Positions 26,701-36,558 of a stretch of DNA of 64,000 bases are shown in pieces; the stretch's first letter is position 1, and every line of letters begins with the position of its first letter. Source of the DNA: Burkholderiales bacterium (GTDB lineage Bacteria > Pseudomonadota > Gammaproteobacteria > Burkholderiales > Ga0077523); assembly GCA_019745565.1 (NCBI GenBank), contig JAIESW010000024.1, positions 129 through 64,128 of the forward strand. The letters are read 5' to 3'. Below the pieces are notes generated by a model. That model was not told the origin of the DNA and ran no database searches. It worked only from the letters and a program-made list of their open reading frames with translations. The translations under genes were made by a program, and so were the position numbers.

Positions 26701-27459
26701 TTACCCTCGACCCACGAACGGCATCTTGGTCGCCATCACCGTCATGGTGAGCACGTTCGACTCGAGCGGCAGGTTCGCCATCAGCAGCACCGAATCCGCG
26801 ACGTGCTGCACGTCCATCAGCGGCTCCACCGCGATCTCACCGTTGGCTTGAGGGACGCCTTTCGCAGCGCGCGCGATCATCGCAGTGGCGGCATTGCCGA
26901 TGTCGATCTGGCCGGCGGCGATGTTGTACTTGCGGCCGTCCAGCGCGGTGGACTTGGTGAGGCCCGTGATCGCATGCTTGGTCGACGTGTAGGGCGCCGA
27001 GTTCGGCCGCGGCGCATGGGCCGAGATCGAGCCGTTGTTGATGATCCGTCCGCCCTGCGGGTTCTGCTCCTTCATGATGCGGAACGCCGCCTGCGTGCAC
27101 AGGAAGGGGCCGGTCAGATTGATGTCGACCACGTTCTTCCATTGCTCGAACGTGAGGTCTTCCAGCAGCACGCCCGGCGCGCTCACGCCGGCGTTATTGA
27201 ACAGGACATCCACCCGGCCCCACGTCGCCTTCACTTTCGCGAAGAGCGCGTTCACCGAATCGGGCTGGGTGACGTCGGTAGGGACCGCGAGCGCGCGATC
27301 CGCGGCGGCGCCGGATTCCGCGATGGCCTCGGCCAGCGGCTCCGGCCGCCGGCCGGCCAGTGCGACCCGATAGCCGTTCTTCAGCAGGGTGACGGCGACG
27401 GCCTTGCCGATGCCCGTGCCGGCGCCGGTGACGACGGCGACTTTTCCTGATGCGGTCAT
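26701..27459 (-). CDS. SDR-family oxidoreductase
   Basis: Starts [21 protein letters not shown] (TGxxxGxG). Catalytic YxxxK region (PYTSTKHA). 252 aa. Confidence 0.88.
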   Translation of the reverse strand: MTASGKVAVVTGAGTGIGKAVAVTLLKNGYRVALAGRRPEPLAEAIAESGAAADRALAVPTDVTQPDSVNALFAKVKATWGRVDVLFNNAGVSAPGVLLEDLTFEQWKNVVDINLTGPFLCTQAAFRIMKEQNPQGGRIINNGSISAHAPRPNSAPYTSTKHAITGLTKSTALDGRKYNIAAGQIDIGNAATAMIARAAKGVPQANGEIAVEPLMDVQHVADSVLLMANLPLESNVLTMTVMATKMPFVGRG

Positions 27460-27547
27460 GCTTCTCCCCCTCCATTGAACTTCAGTCCTGCGCGCATGGT
27501 AGCGCACGGCGCCGCGCTCACCCTTCCGCGCGGAGCACAACGCCCCT

Positions 27548-28522
27548 TCAGTGGAGGCGCGGTTTCTTGAGAAAGTCGCTGCGGTCGCCCGATTGCACCC
27601 GCATCCGGCTCAAGTTGCCGTCGCGGCTCAGGGTGAGCGCGACTTCGGTGCCCGCCGGGCCGAGCCGCCAGATCTTGCGCAACATGTCGGCGAGCGACAC
27701 GACGCGCTCTCCGGCCACCTCGGTCACGATATCGCCGGCGCGCATGCCGGCGCGTTGTGCCGGACCGTTGTCGGCGAGGCCCGCGACCACCAGCTGATTG
27801 TCGGCCTCCTGCGTATACATCCCGAGCCATGGGCGCGACGGTAGCGACGAGCGTCCGGTGTTCACGAGATCGTCGAGAATCGGTGCAAGCAGGTCCACGG
27901 GCACGAACATGTTGCCCTGCATGGTGTTGCCGTCCACCTCTTCCTGCACCAGCAACGAGCCGATGCCGATCACGCGCCCGTCGATGCTCACCAGCGGCGC
28001 ACCGCTCCAGTGCGGGTGCGCGGGCACGGTGAAGAGCGCCTCGTCCAGCAGGTACTCCCAGTAGCCGGCGAATTCGCGCTTGGCGTGCAGCCGCGCCCGC
28101 AAGGCATGTCCACGGCCCCCATGGCCGACGACGAAAACGTCGTCGTCGACGTTGACCTGGGCGCTAGTTCCGCGCGGCAGTGGCGCGACTCCGAGCTTGC
28201 CGAGCGGCAGGATCAGCCCGAAACCGGTCGCGAAGTCATAGGCAAGCGGATGCCCCGGCACCACCGTGCCCCGATTGCTGGTGAGCCAGATGGATTCGGC
28301 TTCCGTGATGAGATAGCCGATCGTGAGCGTGAGCCCGTCCTCCCGGATCACTACGCCGCTGCCGAAGCGCTCGGTGCCGAGAATGGAAGCCGTGAAGGCA
28401 TCCTCGGGGATCTCGGCGCGCAGCTTGACGACGCCGTCCAGCGCCGACGCAAGGTCGAAGCGCAGTTCACCGGCACTCGGTTGCAATTCGGGCGGAAACG
28501 ACCAGCTGTCGGGTTCGGCCAT
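27548..28522 (-). CDS. trypsin-like serine protease with C-terminal PDZ domain (S1C/HtrA-like), no signal peptide seen
   Basis: GSGVVI…, HWSGAPLV (GxSGxP-like Ser region), PDZ-like segment ([27 protein letters not shown]). Confidence 0.7.
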   Translation of the reverse strand: MAEPDSWSFPPELQPSAGELRFDLASALDGVVKLRAEIPEDAFTASILGTERFGSGVVIREDGLTLTIGYLITEAESIWLTSNRGTVVPGHPLAYDFATGFGLILPLGKLGVAPLPRGTSAQVNVDDDVFVVGHGGRGHALRARLHAKREFAGYWEYLLDEALFTVPAHPHWSGAPLVSIDGRVIGIGSLLVQEEVDGNTMQGNMFVPVDLLAPILDDLVNTGRSSLPSRPWLGMYTQEADNQLVVAGLADNGPAQRAGMRAGDIVTEVAGERVVSLADMLRKIWRLGPAGTEVALTLSRDGNLSRMRVQSGDRSDFLKKPRLH

Positions 28523-28625
28523 GACGTCGCGATCTTACTGGAGCCTGACGAATGTAGGGGCCGGCCTGCAAGGGCACAAGAGAAACTGTCAGAATCACCG
28601 TCGTGTTCCAGGAGGAATCTCCAGC

Positions 28626-29480
28626 ATGAAGATGGTGTCGTTGCCCTCGGGCGCGAAGGTGCCCGCCCTCGGCCTGGGGACGTGGCGCATGGGTGAGAAT
28701 GCGCGAGCGCGCAAGCAGGAGGTCGCTGCGGTCCGTTTCGCACTCGAAGCCGGCTACCGGCTGATCGACACAGCGGAAATGTACGGTGAGGGCGGCGCGG
28801 AAGAGGTGATCGGCGCCGCTCTGGCCGACGCGATCGGCAACCGCATCGTGCGCCGTGAGGAACTCTTCATTGTGAGCAAGGTGTATCCGCACAACGCCAG
28901 TCGCCAGGGTGTCGTCAGCGCGTGCGAGCGCAGCCTGAAGCGCCTCGGGATCGAGCACATCGATCTGTATCTGCTCCACTGGCGCGGACAGCATGCCCTG
29001 TCGGCCGCCGTGGAAGGGTTCGAGGCGCTCCGGGCGGCAGGGCGCATCCGGCACTGGGGTGTCAGCAATCTCGACGCCGAGGACATGGAGGAGCTGTGGC
29101 GAGCGAAGGGCGGCAGCGCCTGCGCCGCGAACCAGGTCTACTACTCCGCTTCGGAACGCGGTGTCGAGTTCGATCTGCTGCCCTGGCAGCGCCGGCATCG
29201 CGTGCCGTTGATGGCCTATTGTCCGATCGACCAGGGCGCCGCGGCGAAGGACCGGACCCTCGGCGCAATCGGTGCCGGGCGCGGCGCCACGGCGGCGCAG
29301 GTGGCGCTCGCCTGGGTGCTGCGGCATCCGGATGTGATCGCGATCCCGAAGGCGGTGCGCGAGGAGCACCTGCGCGAGAACCTCGCCGCGGCCGCGATCG
29401 AACTCACGGCTGAGGAACTCACCGAGATCGACCGCGCTTTCCCCCCGCCCAACCGCAAGCGCCGCCTGGCGATGGCCTGA
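28626..29480 (+). CDS. aldo/keto reductase
   Basis: Starts MKMVSLPSGAKVPALGLGTW, with LIDTAEMYG and IAIPKAV motifs. The track ORF start (28323) overlaps the protease gene and was trimmed. Confidence 0.88.
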   Translation: MKMVSLPSGAKVPALGLGTWRMGENARARKQEVAAVRFALEAGYRLIDTAEMYGEGGAEEVIGAALADAIGNRIVRREELFIVSKVYPHNASRQGVVSACERSLKRLGIEHIDLYLLHWRGQHALSAAVEGFEALRAAGRIRHWGVSNLDAEDMEELWRAKGGSACAANQVYYSASERGVEFDLLPWQRRHRVPLMAYCPIDQGAAAKDRTLGAIGAGRGATAAQVALAWVLRHPDVIAIPKAVREEHLRENLAAAAIELTAEELTEIDRAFPPPNRKRRLAMA

Positions 29481-29503
29481 ATCCGGAGTTCCAAAGCGAA
29501 TCC

Positions 29504-29983
29504 ATGCTCGACGCCATCCGCGATTTCTTCGAGAAGCATGTCGGGACTTCTCCGAAGCCCGGCACCGATCGTCGCTCCATCGAGGTCGCGACCGCCGCGC
29601 TGCTGGTGGAAGTGGTCCGCATGGACGGCGACATCGAACCGGCGGAGCGTGAAGCCGTCCTGCACGCGGTGCATGCGAGTTTCGGATTGTCGGGGACCGA
29701 GGCCGACGAGCTGATGCGCCTTGCCGAACAGGAGGCGCGGCAGGCCGCGGACCTTTACCAGTTCACCTCCCTGCTCAATCGTCATTTCTCCGCCGAGCAG
29801 AAGGAGCGGGTGATCGAGCAGCTCTGGCGCGTCGCCTTCGCCGATGCGGAACTGAGCGCCTGGGAGCAGCACCTGGTGCGCAAGGTGGCCGATCTGCTGT
29901 ACGTGCCGCACAGCGCGTACATAGCCGCGAAGTTGCGGGCTCGCGCGGCGGCCGGGCTCAAGCCCGGGGTTGCAGACGCCTGA
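29504..29983 (+). CDS. TerB-family (tellurite-resistance TerB / DjlA N-domain-like) protein
   Basis: 159 aa. Paired helical repeats with acidic metal-binding-type motifs (VVRMDGDIEPAEREAV…, VAFADAELSAWEQHLV…). Confidence 0.6.
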   Translation: MLDAIRDFFEKHVGTSPKPGTDRRSIEVATAALLVEVVRMDGDIEPAEREAVLHAVHASFGLSGTEADELMRLAEQEARQAADLYQFTSLLNRHFSAEQKERVIEQLWRVAFADAELSAWEQHLVRKVADLLYVPHSAYIAAKLRARAAAGLKPGVADA

Positions 29984-30160
29984 GGCGGTCGAACTCCACG
30001 ATCCCCGCGGAAGGAGCGGCCGCGGCAAGCACGAGGTTCGCAATCCCTTGGTGAACGATGCAGACCGTGGGCCGCTCGGACGTACCTTGGCTCGCGAGAC
30101 CGCCACAATGGTCGGGCAACCGTGCAGAATGCCGGGATAACGACGATGTGAGGAGTTCAG

Positions 30161-31381
30161 TTGGAGGAGACCGACCGGTCCGTCACGGACTCGGCTGTGG
30201 CGTGGTGGCGCTTGGCAGCGGCATTGATGCTATCCGCCGTCGGTGGTGTGGGTATGTGGTCCGTGGTGGTGGCACTGCCGACCGTCCAGGCGGAGTTCGG
30301 CGTCGCGCGCGGCGACGCATCGCTGCCGTACACGCTCACCATGATCCTGTTCGGATTCGGCAGCATCCTGATGGGCCGGTGGTCGGACCGGCGCGGGATC
30401 ATGCATCCGGTGATCGGTGGCGCCTTGGCTCTGGCCCTCGGTTACATGGTGGCCGGCAATGCCTCGAGCCTGTGGCAGTTCGCCATCGTGCAAGGCGTAC
30501 TGATCGGCGTCGGCAGTTCCGCCACCTTCGCGCCGCTGCTGGCCGACACCTCGCAATGGTTCGAGCGCCGGCGCGGCATCGCGGTGGGCATCTTCGCGAG
30601 CGGCAACTATCTCGCGGGCACGCTCTGGCCGCCGGTCGTGCAGCATTTCATCGAGTCGGTCGGTTGGCGCAACACCTATTTCGGGATCGGCATCTTCTGT
30701 CTTGCGGCCATGCTGCCGCTCGCCCTGGCGTTGCGTCGTCATCCGCCGGCGCACGCGCCAGCGGCCGTGACGGGCGGCGCCGGCTCGCCCGAAGGGCTGG
30801 GGCTGACATCGCGCTCGTTGCAGGGACTCCTGCTGGTGGCGGGCTTCGCCTGCTGCGTGGCGATGTCGATGCCGCAGGTCCACATCGTCGCGTACTGCTC
30901 CGATCTCGGGTACGGCCCGGCGCGCGGGGCGCAGATGCTCTCGGTGATGCTCGCGTGCGGCATCGTGAGCCGGCTCACCTTCGGCTGGATCTCCGATCGC
31001 ATCGGTGGTCTGCGCACGCTCATCCTGGGCTCGGCGCTGCAAGGCCTCGCGCTGCTGCTGTTCATCCCGTTCAACGGGCTGGTGTCGCTCTACGTGATCT
31101 CGGCGATGTTCGGCCTGTTCCAGGGCGGCATCGTCCCTTCGTACGCGATCATCATCCGCGAATACTTCTCGCCGAAGGAAGCCGGGACACGCGTCAGCGC
31201 GACCATCACGGCCACCATCTTCGGCATGGCTTTCGGCGGCTGGATGTCGGGCGTGATCTTCGACCTGAGCGGCTCCTACCGCGTGGCCTTCGTGCACGGT
31301 GTGCTCTGGAATGCGGTCAACCTCGCGATCGCCGGTTTTCTGCTGATGCGCCTTGGCCGGCGCAATCTCGTGCGCGCGTAG
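30161..31381 (+). CDS. MFS transporter (oxalate/formate antiporter-like)
   Basis: 406 aa, about 12 TM segments. TTG start 6 nt after GAGGAG. Confidence 0.8.
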   Translation: MEETDRSVTDSAVAWWRLAAALMLSAVGGVGMWSVVVALPTVQAEFGVARGDASLPYTLTMILFGFGSILMGRWSDRRGIMHPVIGGALALALGYMVAGNASSLWQFAIVQGVLIGVGSSATFAPLLADTSQWFERRRGIAVGIFASGNYLAGTLWPPVVQHFIESVGWRNTYFGIGIFCLAAMLPLALALRRHPPAHAPAAVTGGAGSPEGLGLTSRSLQGLLLVAGFACCVAMSMPQVHIVAYCSDLGYGPARGAQMLSVMLACGIVSRLTFGWISDRIGGLRTLILGSALQGLALLLFIPFNGLVSLYVISAMFGLFQGGIVPSYAIIIREYFSPKEAGTRVSATITATIFGMAFGGWMSGVIFDLSGSYRVAFVHGVLWNAVNLAIAGFLLMRLGRRNLVRA

Positions 31382-31384
31382 CCG

Positions 31385-32053
31385 TCAGCGCGCCTCGCGG
31401 GCGGCGCGCACTCGTTTTGCGAGGCGGTCGAGATGGCGATCGGCGATGCCGTGCTGCGCGAGCGCGGCCGCGGTTTCGAGCAGATAGTCGGCACACGCGC
31501 CGTAGTGGCCATGGGCCGCGAGCGCGACCGCGACGATCCGCTCGTCGTCGAGGCGTCCGCAGTACGCGGCATGACGTCGATCGACCACGAAGGCGATGGC
31601 ACGCACCGGTCCGCCGTCCGTATGCACGTCGAGCCAGCGCGGACGGTAGGCCCCGAGCACCATCTCGCGGCGCCACAGCAGGCGCAGATCGTCCTGGAGT
31701 CCCACCGGTTCGAGACGATAGACCACGCCGCCGCACTGTCCCCCCCGATCGAGGCCGAGCACCAGACCCGGCGTTTCGGGCGTGCCGCGGTTTACCTGCG
31801 ACCACAGATAGAAACCGCGATGGACGCCGAAGGCCCGCGCGACACGCCGCTCCGCGAACCGCAGCAACGGATTCCAGATGAGCGATCCGTATCCGAAGAT
31901 CCACACCGGCGCATCCGGCGGATGCCGTGCCATGGTGGCCTTCAGCGACGCATCGAGCGCGTCGTCGGGCATCAGCATGGCGCCGTGACCGGCTGCGTGC
32001 ATCGCCTTGCGTACGGCGTCGGCTTCCAGATGCTTGCGGTCGATGCGGGTCAT
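31385..32053 (-). CDS. chaC: ChaC-family gamma-glutamylcyclotransferase
   Basis: VWIFGYGSLIWNP… GLVLGLD…GG motifs. 222 aa. Confidence 0.8.
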   Translation of the reverse strand: MTRIDRKHLEADAVRKAMHAAGHGAMLMPDDALDASLKATMARHPPDAPVWIFGYGSLIWNPLLRFAERRVARAFGVHRGFYLWSQVNRGTPETPGLVLGLDRGGQCGGVVYRLEPVGLQDDLRLLWRREMVLGAYRPRWLDVHTDGGPVRAIAFVVDRRHAAYCGRLDDERIVAVALAAHGHYGACADYLLETAAALAQHGIADRHLDRLAKRVRAAREAR

Positions 32054-32282
32054 CAGCGCTTCTTCTCGACTTTTCCGGGCACGATCTCAAGCGGACCCAC
32101 TACCGCGCCGACGCTGCGAAAGCCACGTAGGGCTGCAAGCCCGCCATCACCGCCTCTCACTCGGCGGATTTCTGTCGGCAATGCTACGACATCGCGGGTT
32201 GTTCTCTCCACAATCGATCACGTTGAAACGGCAGCCCGGCGGCTCACCCCCGCCGCTGCCCTGGCGTTCGTGGCGTGGAGAA

Positions 32283-32318
32283 CCCGGGACCGCGTGAGGT
32301 ATGCTCTGCGGTCCCGGG
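32283..32318 (+). other. strong hairpin in the CBS 5' leader
   Basis: CCCGGGACCGC-(14 nt loop)-GCGGTCCCGGG, a perfect 11-bp stem 46 nt upstream of the ATG. Confidence 0.45.
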
Positions 32319-32363
32319 CGGCATGCGCGTCGCCGGGCTTCAGTTCACGTCCCGAGACCTCCC

Positions 32364-33731
32364 ATGCCCGCCAACGTCCACGACAGCATCCTCGGCACCA
32401 TCGGCCACACGCCGCTCGTGCGCCTGAACCGCATCACGCGTGACATCAAGGCCACGGTATATGCAAAGGTCGAGACCTTCAATCCCGGCCACAGCATCAA
32501 GGACCGCATGGCGCTCAAGATGATCGAGGATGCGGAGCGCAACGGACTCATCAAGCCCGGCGGCACCATCATCGAAGGCACCAGCGGCAATACCGGCATG
32601 GGCCTCGCCATCGCGGCCATCGTGAAGGGCTACAAGTGCATCTTCACCACGACCGACAAGCAATCGCGCGAGAAGGTGGATGCACTGCGCGCGTTCGGCG
32701 CCGAGGTGATCGTCTGCCCGACGGACGTCGAACCCGAGGACCCGCGTTCCTACTACTCCGTGTCCTCGCGGCTCGTGAAGGAGACGCCGAACGCCTGGAA
32801 GGCGAACCAGTACGACAACCTCAGCAACTCGCAGGCGCACTACGAGAGCACCGGCCCCGAGATCTGGGAACAGACCGAAGGCAGGATCGACCATCTCGTG
32901 GTCGGCGTGGGCACCGGTGGCACCATCTGCGGGACCGGGCGCTATCTCAAGGAGAAGAAGCCCGGCATCAAGGTTTGGGGCATCGACACCTACGGCTCCG
33001 TGTTCAAGAAGTACAAGGAGACCGGCGTCTTCGACAAGCAGGAGATCTATCCCTATGTGACCGAAGGGATCGGCGAGGACTTCCTGCCGGAGAACGTCGA
33101 CTTCTCGGTGATCGACCATTTCGAGAAGGTGACCGACCGCAACGCCGCCATCTGGACGCGCGAGATCGTGAAGCAGGAGGGCATCTGGGTCGGCAACTCG
33201 GCCGGTTCCGCCATGGCCGGCCTGCTGCAGCTCAAGGATCGGTTCAAGGCCGGCGAGACCGTCGTGGTGATCTTCCATGACCATGGCACACGCTACGTGG
33301 GGAAGATGTTCAACCCCGAGTGGATGCGCATGATGGGCTACGAGAACATCGGCGGCCCCACCGCGCGCGACCTCGTGAAGAACAAGAAAGTCACCGATGT
33401 GGTGGGCGTCGAGGACACCGACACGGTCGACCAGGCGGTGCAGCGCATGCGCGCCAACGACTTCTCGCAGATCCCGGTCCTGCGGCACGAACGCATCGTC
33501 GGTTCGCTGTCGGAGCTGCATGCCTACGCGTCCATCGTTAAGGATCCGAAGACGCACACGGCGCCGGTACGCTCCATCATGGGGCCGCCGTTCCGCTACG
33601 TGGACATCGAGACGCCGGTGCCGCTGCTGGCGCCGATGATCACGCCGGAGAGTCCGGCCGTGCTGGTGCGCGACTTCCCCGAAGGGAAGACCTACATCCT
33701 CACCGGGTACGACGTCCTGGCGGCGATGTAA
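32364..33731 (+). CDS. cystathionine beta-synthase (PLP fold-type II domain plus tandem CBS domains)
   Basis: Starts MPANVHDSILGTIGHTPLV, with the PLP Lys motif NPGHSIKDR and GTSGNTG. C-terminal CBS pair. Track start trimmed. Confidence 0.85.
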   Translation: MPANVHDSILGTIGHTPLVRLNRITRDIKATVYAKVETFNPGHSIKDRMALKMIEDAERNGLIKPGGTIIEGTSGNTGMGLAIAAIVKGYKCIFTTTDKQSREKVDALRAFGAEVIVCPTDVEPEDPRSYYSVSSRLVKETPNAWKANQYDNLSNSQAHYESTGPEIWEQTEGRIDHLVVGVGTGGTICGTGRYLKEKKPGIKVWGIDTYGSVFKKYKETGVFDKQEIYPYVTEGIGEDFLPENVDFSVIDHFEKVTDRNAAIWTREIVKQEGIWVGNSAGSAMAGLLQLKDRFKAGETVVVIFHDHGTRYVGKMFNPEWMRMMGYENIGGPTARDLVKNKKVTDVVGVEDTDTVDQAVQRMRANDFSQIPVLRHERIVGSLSELHAYASIVKDPKTHTAPVRSIMGPPFRYVDIETPVPLLAPMITPESPAVLVRDFPEGKTYILTGYDVLAAM

Positions 33732-34752
33732 TCCCGAGTTCGTACCAGCCACGCGTCGCGTTCACCACGCGAACCACGAGTAACATCAGCGGCACCTCGA
33801 TCAACACGCCGACCACCGTGGCGAGTGCGGCTCCCGACTTGAAACCGAACAGGCTGATCGCTGCTGCCACGGCCAACTCGAAGAAGTTAGAAGCGCCGAT
33901 CAGCGCGGATGGGCCGGCGACGCTGTGTTGCTCACCGGCCCATCGGTTGAGACCATAGGTCAGTGCTGCGTTGAAGATGACCTGCACGACGATCGGTACC
34001 GCGAGCAATGCGATCACCAGGGGTTGTTCCAGGATGGGGTCACCCTGGAAAGCGAAGAGCAGGACGAGCGTAAGCAGCAGCGCGCCGATCGACCAGGGTT
34101 GCAGTCGCGCGAGCAGAGAATCGAGGGCAGCCGGTCCTCCCCGAGCCAGCATGGTGCGGCGCCAAACCTGCGCTGCAACCAGGGGCACCACGACATAGAG
34201 GATCACGGACGTGAGCAGCGTCGCCCAGGGAACGACGATTGATGCCACACCGAGCAGCAGCCCCACGAGCGGTGCGAACGCGAAGATCATGATCGTGTCG
34301 TTGAGGGCAACCTGCGACAGCGTGAACAACGGATCGCCGCGGGTGAGCCGGCTCCAGACGAACACCATCGCCGTGCAAGGCGCTGCCGCCAGCAGGATCA
34401 GTCCGGCCACATAGCTGTCGAGCTGCTCGGCAGGCAGCCACGGCGCGAACAGTTGCTTGACGAACAGCCACGCGAGCAACGCCATGGAGAACGGTTTCAC
34501 CAGCCAGTTCACGAACAGCGTGACGCCGATGCCGCGGGCGTGACGACGGATCCGGCCAAGCGCACCGAAATCGACCCTGAGCAGCATCGGCACGATCATC
34601 AGCCAGATGAGGGCGCCGACGGGCAGGTTGACGTGCGCCAGTTCCATCGCGCCGAGGGCACGCACGGGACCCGGCAGTACATGACCGACAGCAATGCCGC
34701 CGACGATGCACAGCACGACCCACAGGCTCAGCCAGCGCTCGAACAGCGTCAT
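33700..34752 (-). CDS. acr3: arsenite efflux transporter ACR3
   Basis: 350 aa. MTLFERWLSLWVVLCI… and LLAAAPCTAMVFVW (conserved Cys) are typical ACR3 features. Last gene of the ars operon. Confidence 0.9.
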   Translation of the reverse strand: MTLFERWLSLWVVLCIVGGIAVGHVLPGPVRALGAMELAHVNLPVGALIWLMIVPMLLRVDFGALGRIRRHARGIGVTLFVNWLVKPFSMALLAWLFVKQLFAPWLPAEQLDSYVAGLILLAAAPCTAMVFVWSRLTRGDPLFTLSQVALNDTIMIFAFAPLVGLLLGVASIVVPWATLLTSVILYVVVPLVAAQVWRRTMLARGGPAALDSLLARLQPWSIGALLLTLVLLFAFQGDPILEQPLVIALLAVPIVVQVIFNAALTYGLNRWAGEQHSVAGPSALIGASNFFELAVAAAISLFGFKSGAALATVVGVLIEVPLMLLVVRVVNATRGWYELGITSPPGRRTR

Positions 34753-34768
34753 CGACTATGCGGCCGCT

Positions 34769-35227
34769 TCAGGTGCCGGTTGGCACCAGACGCTTGTGCA
34801 TGAACGTGGCGCTGGCCGGGCACAGTGATGCGAACTCGTACGTCCGCCGTATCGCCTGCGGCGCGGAGCTTCGGTCGGTGCGCGCATACCCGAGGCTTTC
34901 GAAGAAGGGTTCCGCGGTGCTCGTGAGCAGGTAGACGTCGCTCGCACCTGCGGATCGCGCGCAACGCTCGGCGGCACTCACCAGCGCCCTGCCCAATCCC
35001 CGGGAGCGGGTGAGCGGGGCGACGACGAGGGAGCGCAGCAGAGCGCTGTCGCCATGCAGTTCCACTCCGACCACGGCGTCGAGTGCCTCCGGCGACCCGA
35101 CACCGAAGAACGTCTCGAGATGGGCGCTGGTGAGATCGGTCGTGGGCAACCCCGCATTCGCCAGCAACCGCTCAACCGCGCCCAGCGCCGGCTTCTCCAA
35201 GATGTCGACGGCCGCGGCGGTGCTCAT
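34769..35227 (-). CDS. arsN: arsenic-resistance GNAT N-acetyltransferase, ArsN2-like
   Basis: 152 aa. GNAT core LRSLVVAPLTRSRGLGRALV and C-terminal EFASLCPASATFM. The ATG overlaps the arsC stop (ATGA). Confidence 0.7.
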   Translation of the reverse strand: MSTAAAVDILEKPALGAVERLLANAGLPTTDLTSAHLETFFGVGSPEALDAVVGVELHGDSALLRSLVVAPLTRSRGLGRALVSAAERCARSAGASDVYLLTSTAEPFFESLGYARTDRSSAPQAIRRTYEFASLCPASATFMHKRLVPTGT

Positions 35228-35721
35228 CGGCGACCGATGTCGCTCAGCCGCTGCGCGAGCGCGAGACGATCGAGCGACGCGAGCGGAAGGTTCACGAACA
35301 GTTGGATACGTGTGCGCAGGAGCGTGTAGGCGTTGAGGAACGCTCGTCTCCGGAGAGCTTCGTCGCCTTGCACGGCGGCCGGATCCTCGACGCCCCAGTG
35401 GGCAGTGATCGGCTGCCCCGGCCATACCGGGCACACTTCGCCCGCCGCGTTGTCGCAGACGGTGCACACGAAGTCGAGCGGCGGCGAACCAGGCTGGGAG
35501 AACTCCTCCCAAGGCTTGCTGCGCAGCCCTTCGGTCGCCAGCCGGTTCCTGGTGAGGATCTCGAGTGCCAGCGGATGGACCGCTCCCGTCGGATGGCTGC
35601 CCGCACTGAACGCGCGGAAGCGAGGCTTGCCGAGATGCGCCAGTAGCGCTTCAGCGAGAATCGAACGTGCGGAATTCCCCGTGCACAGGAACAGCACGCT
35701 CAGCGATGGGGCGTCGGTCAC
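35224..35721 (-). CDS. arsC: arsenate reductase, LMW-PTPase (thioredoxin-coupled) type
   Basis: P-loop LCTGNSARS (CX5R) with downstream Cys residues (CTVCD…CP). GTG start 4 nt after the arsI stop. Confidence 0.85.
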   Translation of the reverse strand: MTDAPSLSVLFLCTGNSARSILAEALLAHLGKPRFRAFSAGSHPTGAVHPLALEILTRNRLATEGLRSKPWEEFSQPGSPPLDFVCTVCDNAAGEVCPVWPGQPITAHWGVEDPAAVQGDEALRRRAFLNAYTLLRTRIQLFVNLPLASLDRLALAQRLSDIGRR

Positions 35722-35725
35722 CGGG

Positions 35726-36199
35726 TCATGCCTTGGCCGGTGCGCGAGGGCGCACTTCGATCTTCGCGGGTACCGCGACGGCGGGTGTGCAGCATGCACC
35801 GGGTTTCGCTTCTTCCTTGCGCGTGCCGTCGAAGGTGGGTACTTCGCCCAGCGTATGGAAGGTCTCCCAGGCGATGCCTGTGGGGTCGGTCACCCAGTAC
35901 TTGTTCGAGCGTGCGTAGCAGCAGGCCACATCCTGCTCGGCGACCGCCGCGACCTCCGCCCGCGCGAGCTGCGCCTTCAGCGCTTCCAGTTCCGCATCGT
36001 CGTCGGTCTGGATGCCGAGGTGATTGAGGCCCGCCGGGTTGCCCCGTTGCGAGATCGCGAAGTTCACGCGAGGGTCGTCGAGCTGCCACTTCGCGTAGTC
36101 GTCCTTCACGACGGTCGGGCTCGACCCGAACAGGGCGGAATAGAAGCGGGTGCTGGCGGCGAGATCGTCGACCGCTACATGGACGTGGAAGCGTTTCAT
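35726..36199 (-). CDS. arsI: ArsI/CadI-family glyoxalase-fold protein (candidate C-As lyase)
   Basis: 157 aa. VOC fold with vicinal Cys pair VACCYA, then DPTGIAWETF, and a second C-terminal CC, as in ArsI. Confidence 0.7.
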   Translation of the reverse strand: MKRFHVHVAVDDLAASTRFYSALFGSSPTVVKDDYAKWQLDDPRVNFAISQRGNPAGLNHLGIQTDDDAELEALKAQLARAEVAAVAEQDVACCYARSNKYWVTDPTGIAWETFHTLGEVPTFDGTRKEEAKPGACCTPAVAVPAKIEVRPRAPAKA

Positions 36200-36558
36200 C
36201 GTTTGACCTTTCGCGAGGTGTTGCGGGGTTTTGTTGCAGGCGCGCAAACGGTGCCCGGTGCGCAGGCCGTGCCGTCCGCCGCGCAACAGTTCTCGGTGAG
36301 GAACTCGAGCAACTGGTTCATGGCCGGGTAGTTCGCGGCGTAGTAGATGTACCGGCCGTCCTGGCGCGACGTTACGAGGCCGGCATGGGCCAGCTCCTTG
36401 AGATGAAAGGACAGGGTGGCGGGCGCCAAGCCCAGTCCCTGGGCGATCTCGCCAGCCGCCAGGCCGCTCTCGCCCTGCTGCACGAGCACCCGGAACACGG
36501 CGAGACGGGTTTCCTGGGCCAGTGCGGCCAGGGCGAGCACTGCGGTCTTGTTTTCCAT
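36196..36558 (-). CDS. arsR: ArsR/SmtB-family metalloregulator with C-terminal Cys cluster
   Basis: 120 aa from MENKTAVLALAALAQETRLAVFRVL. wHTH present, no ELCVCDL motif, C-terminal NCCAADGTAC. Stop overlaps the arsI start (ATGA). Confidence 0.88.
   Translation of the reverse strand: MENKTAVLALAALAQETRLAVFRVLVQQGESGLAAGEIAQGLGLAPATLSFHLKELAHAGLVTSRQDGRYIYYAANYPAMNQLLEFLTENCCAADGTACAPGTVCAPATKPRNTSRKVKR

Noticed and set aside
35726-36199. Calling the glyoxalase-fold ars gene a plain glyoxalase I or bleomycin-resistance protein.
   Set aside because: The vicinal CC pairs and the ars-operon position fit ArsI/CadI better. Function still needs testing.
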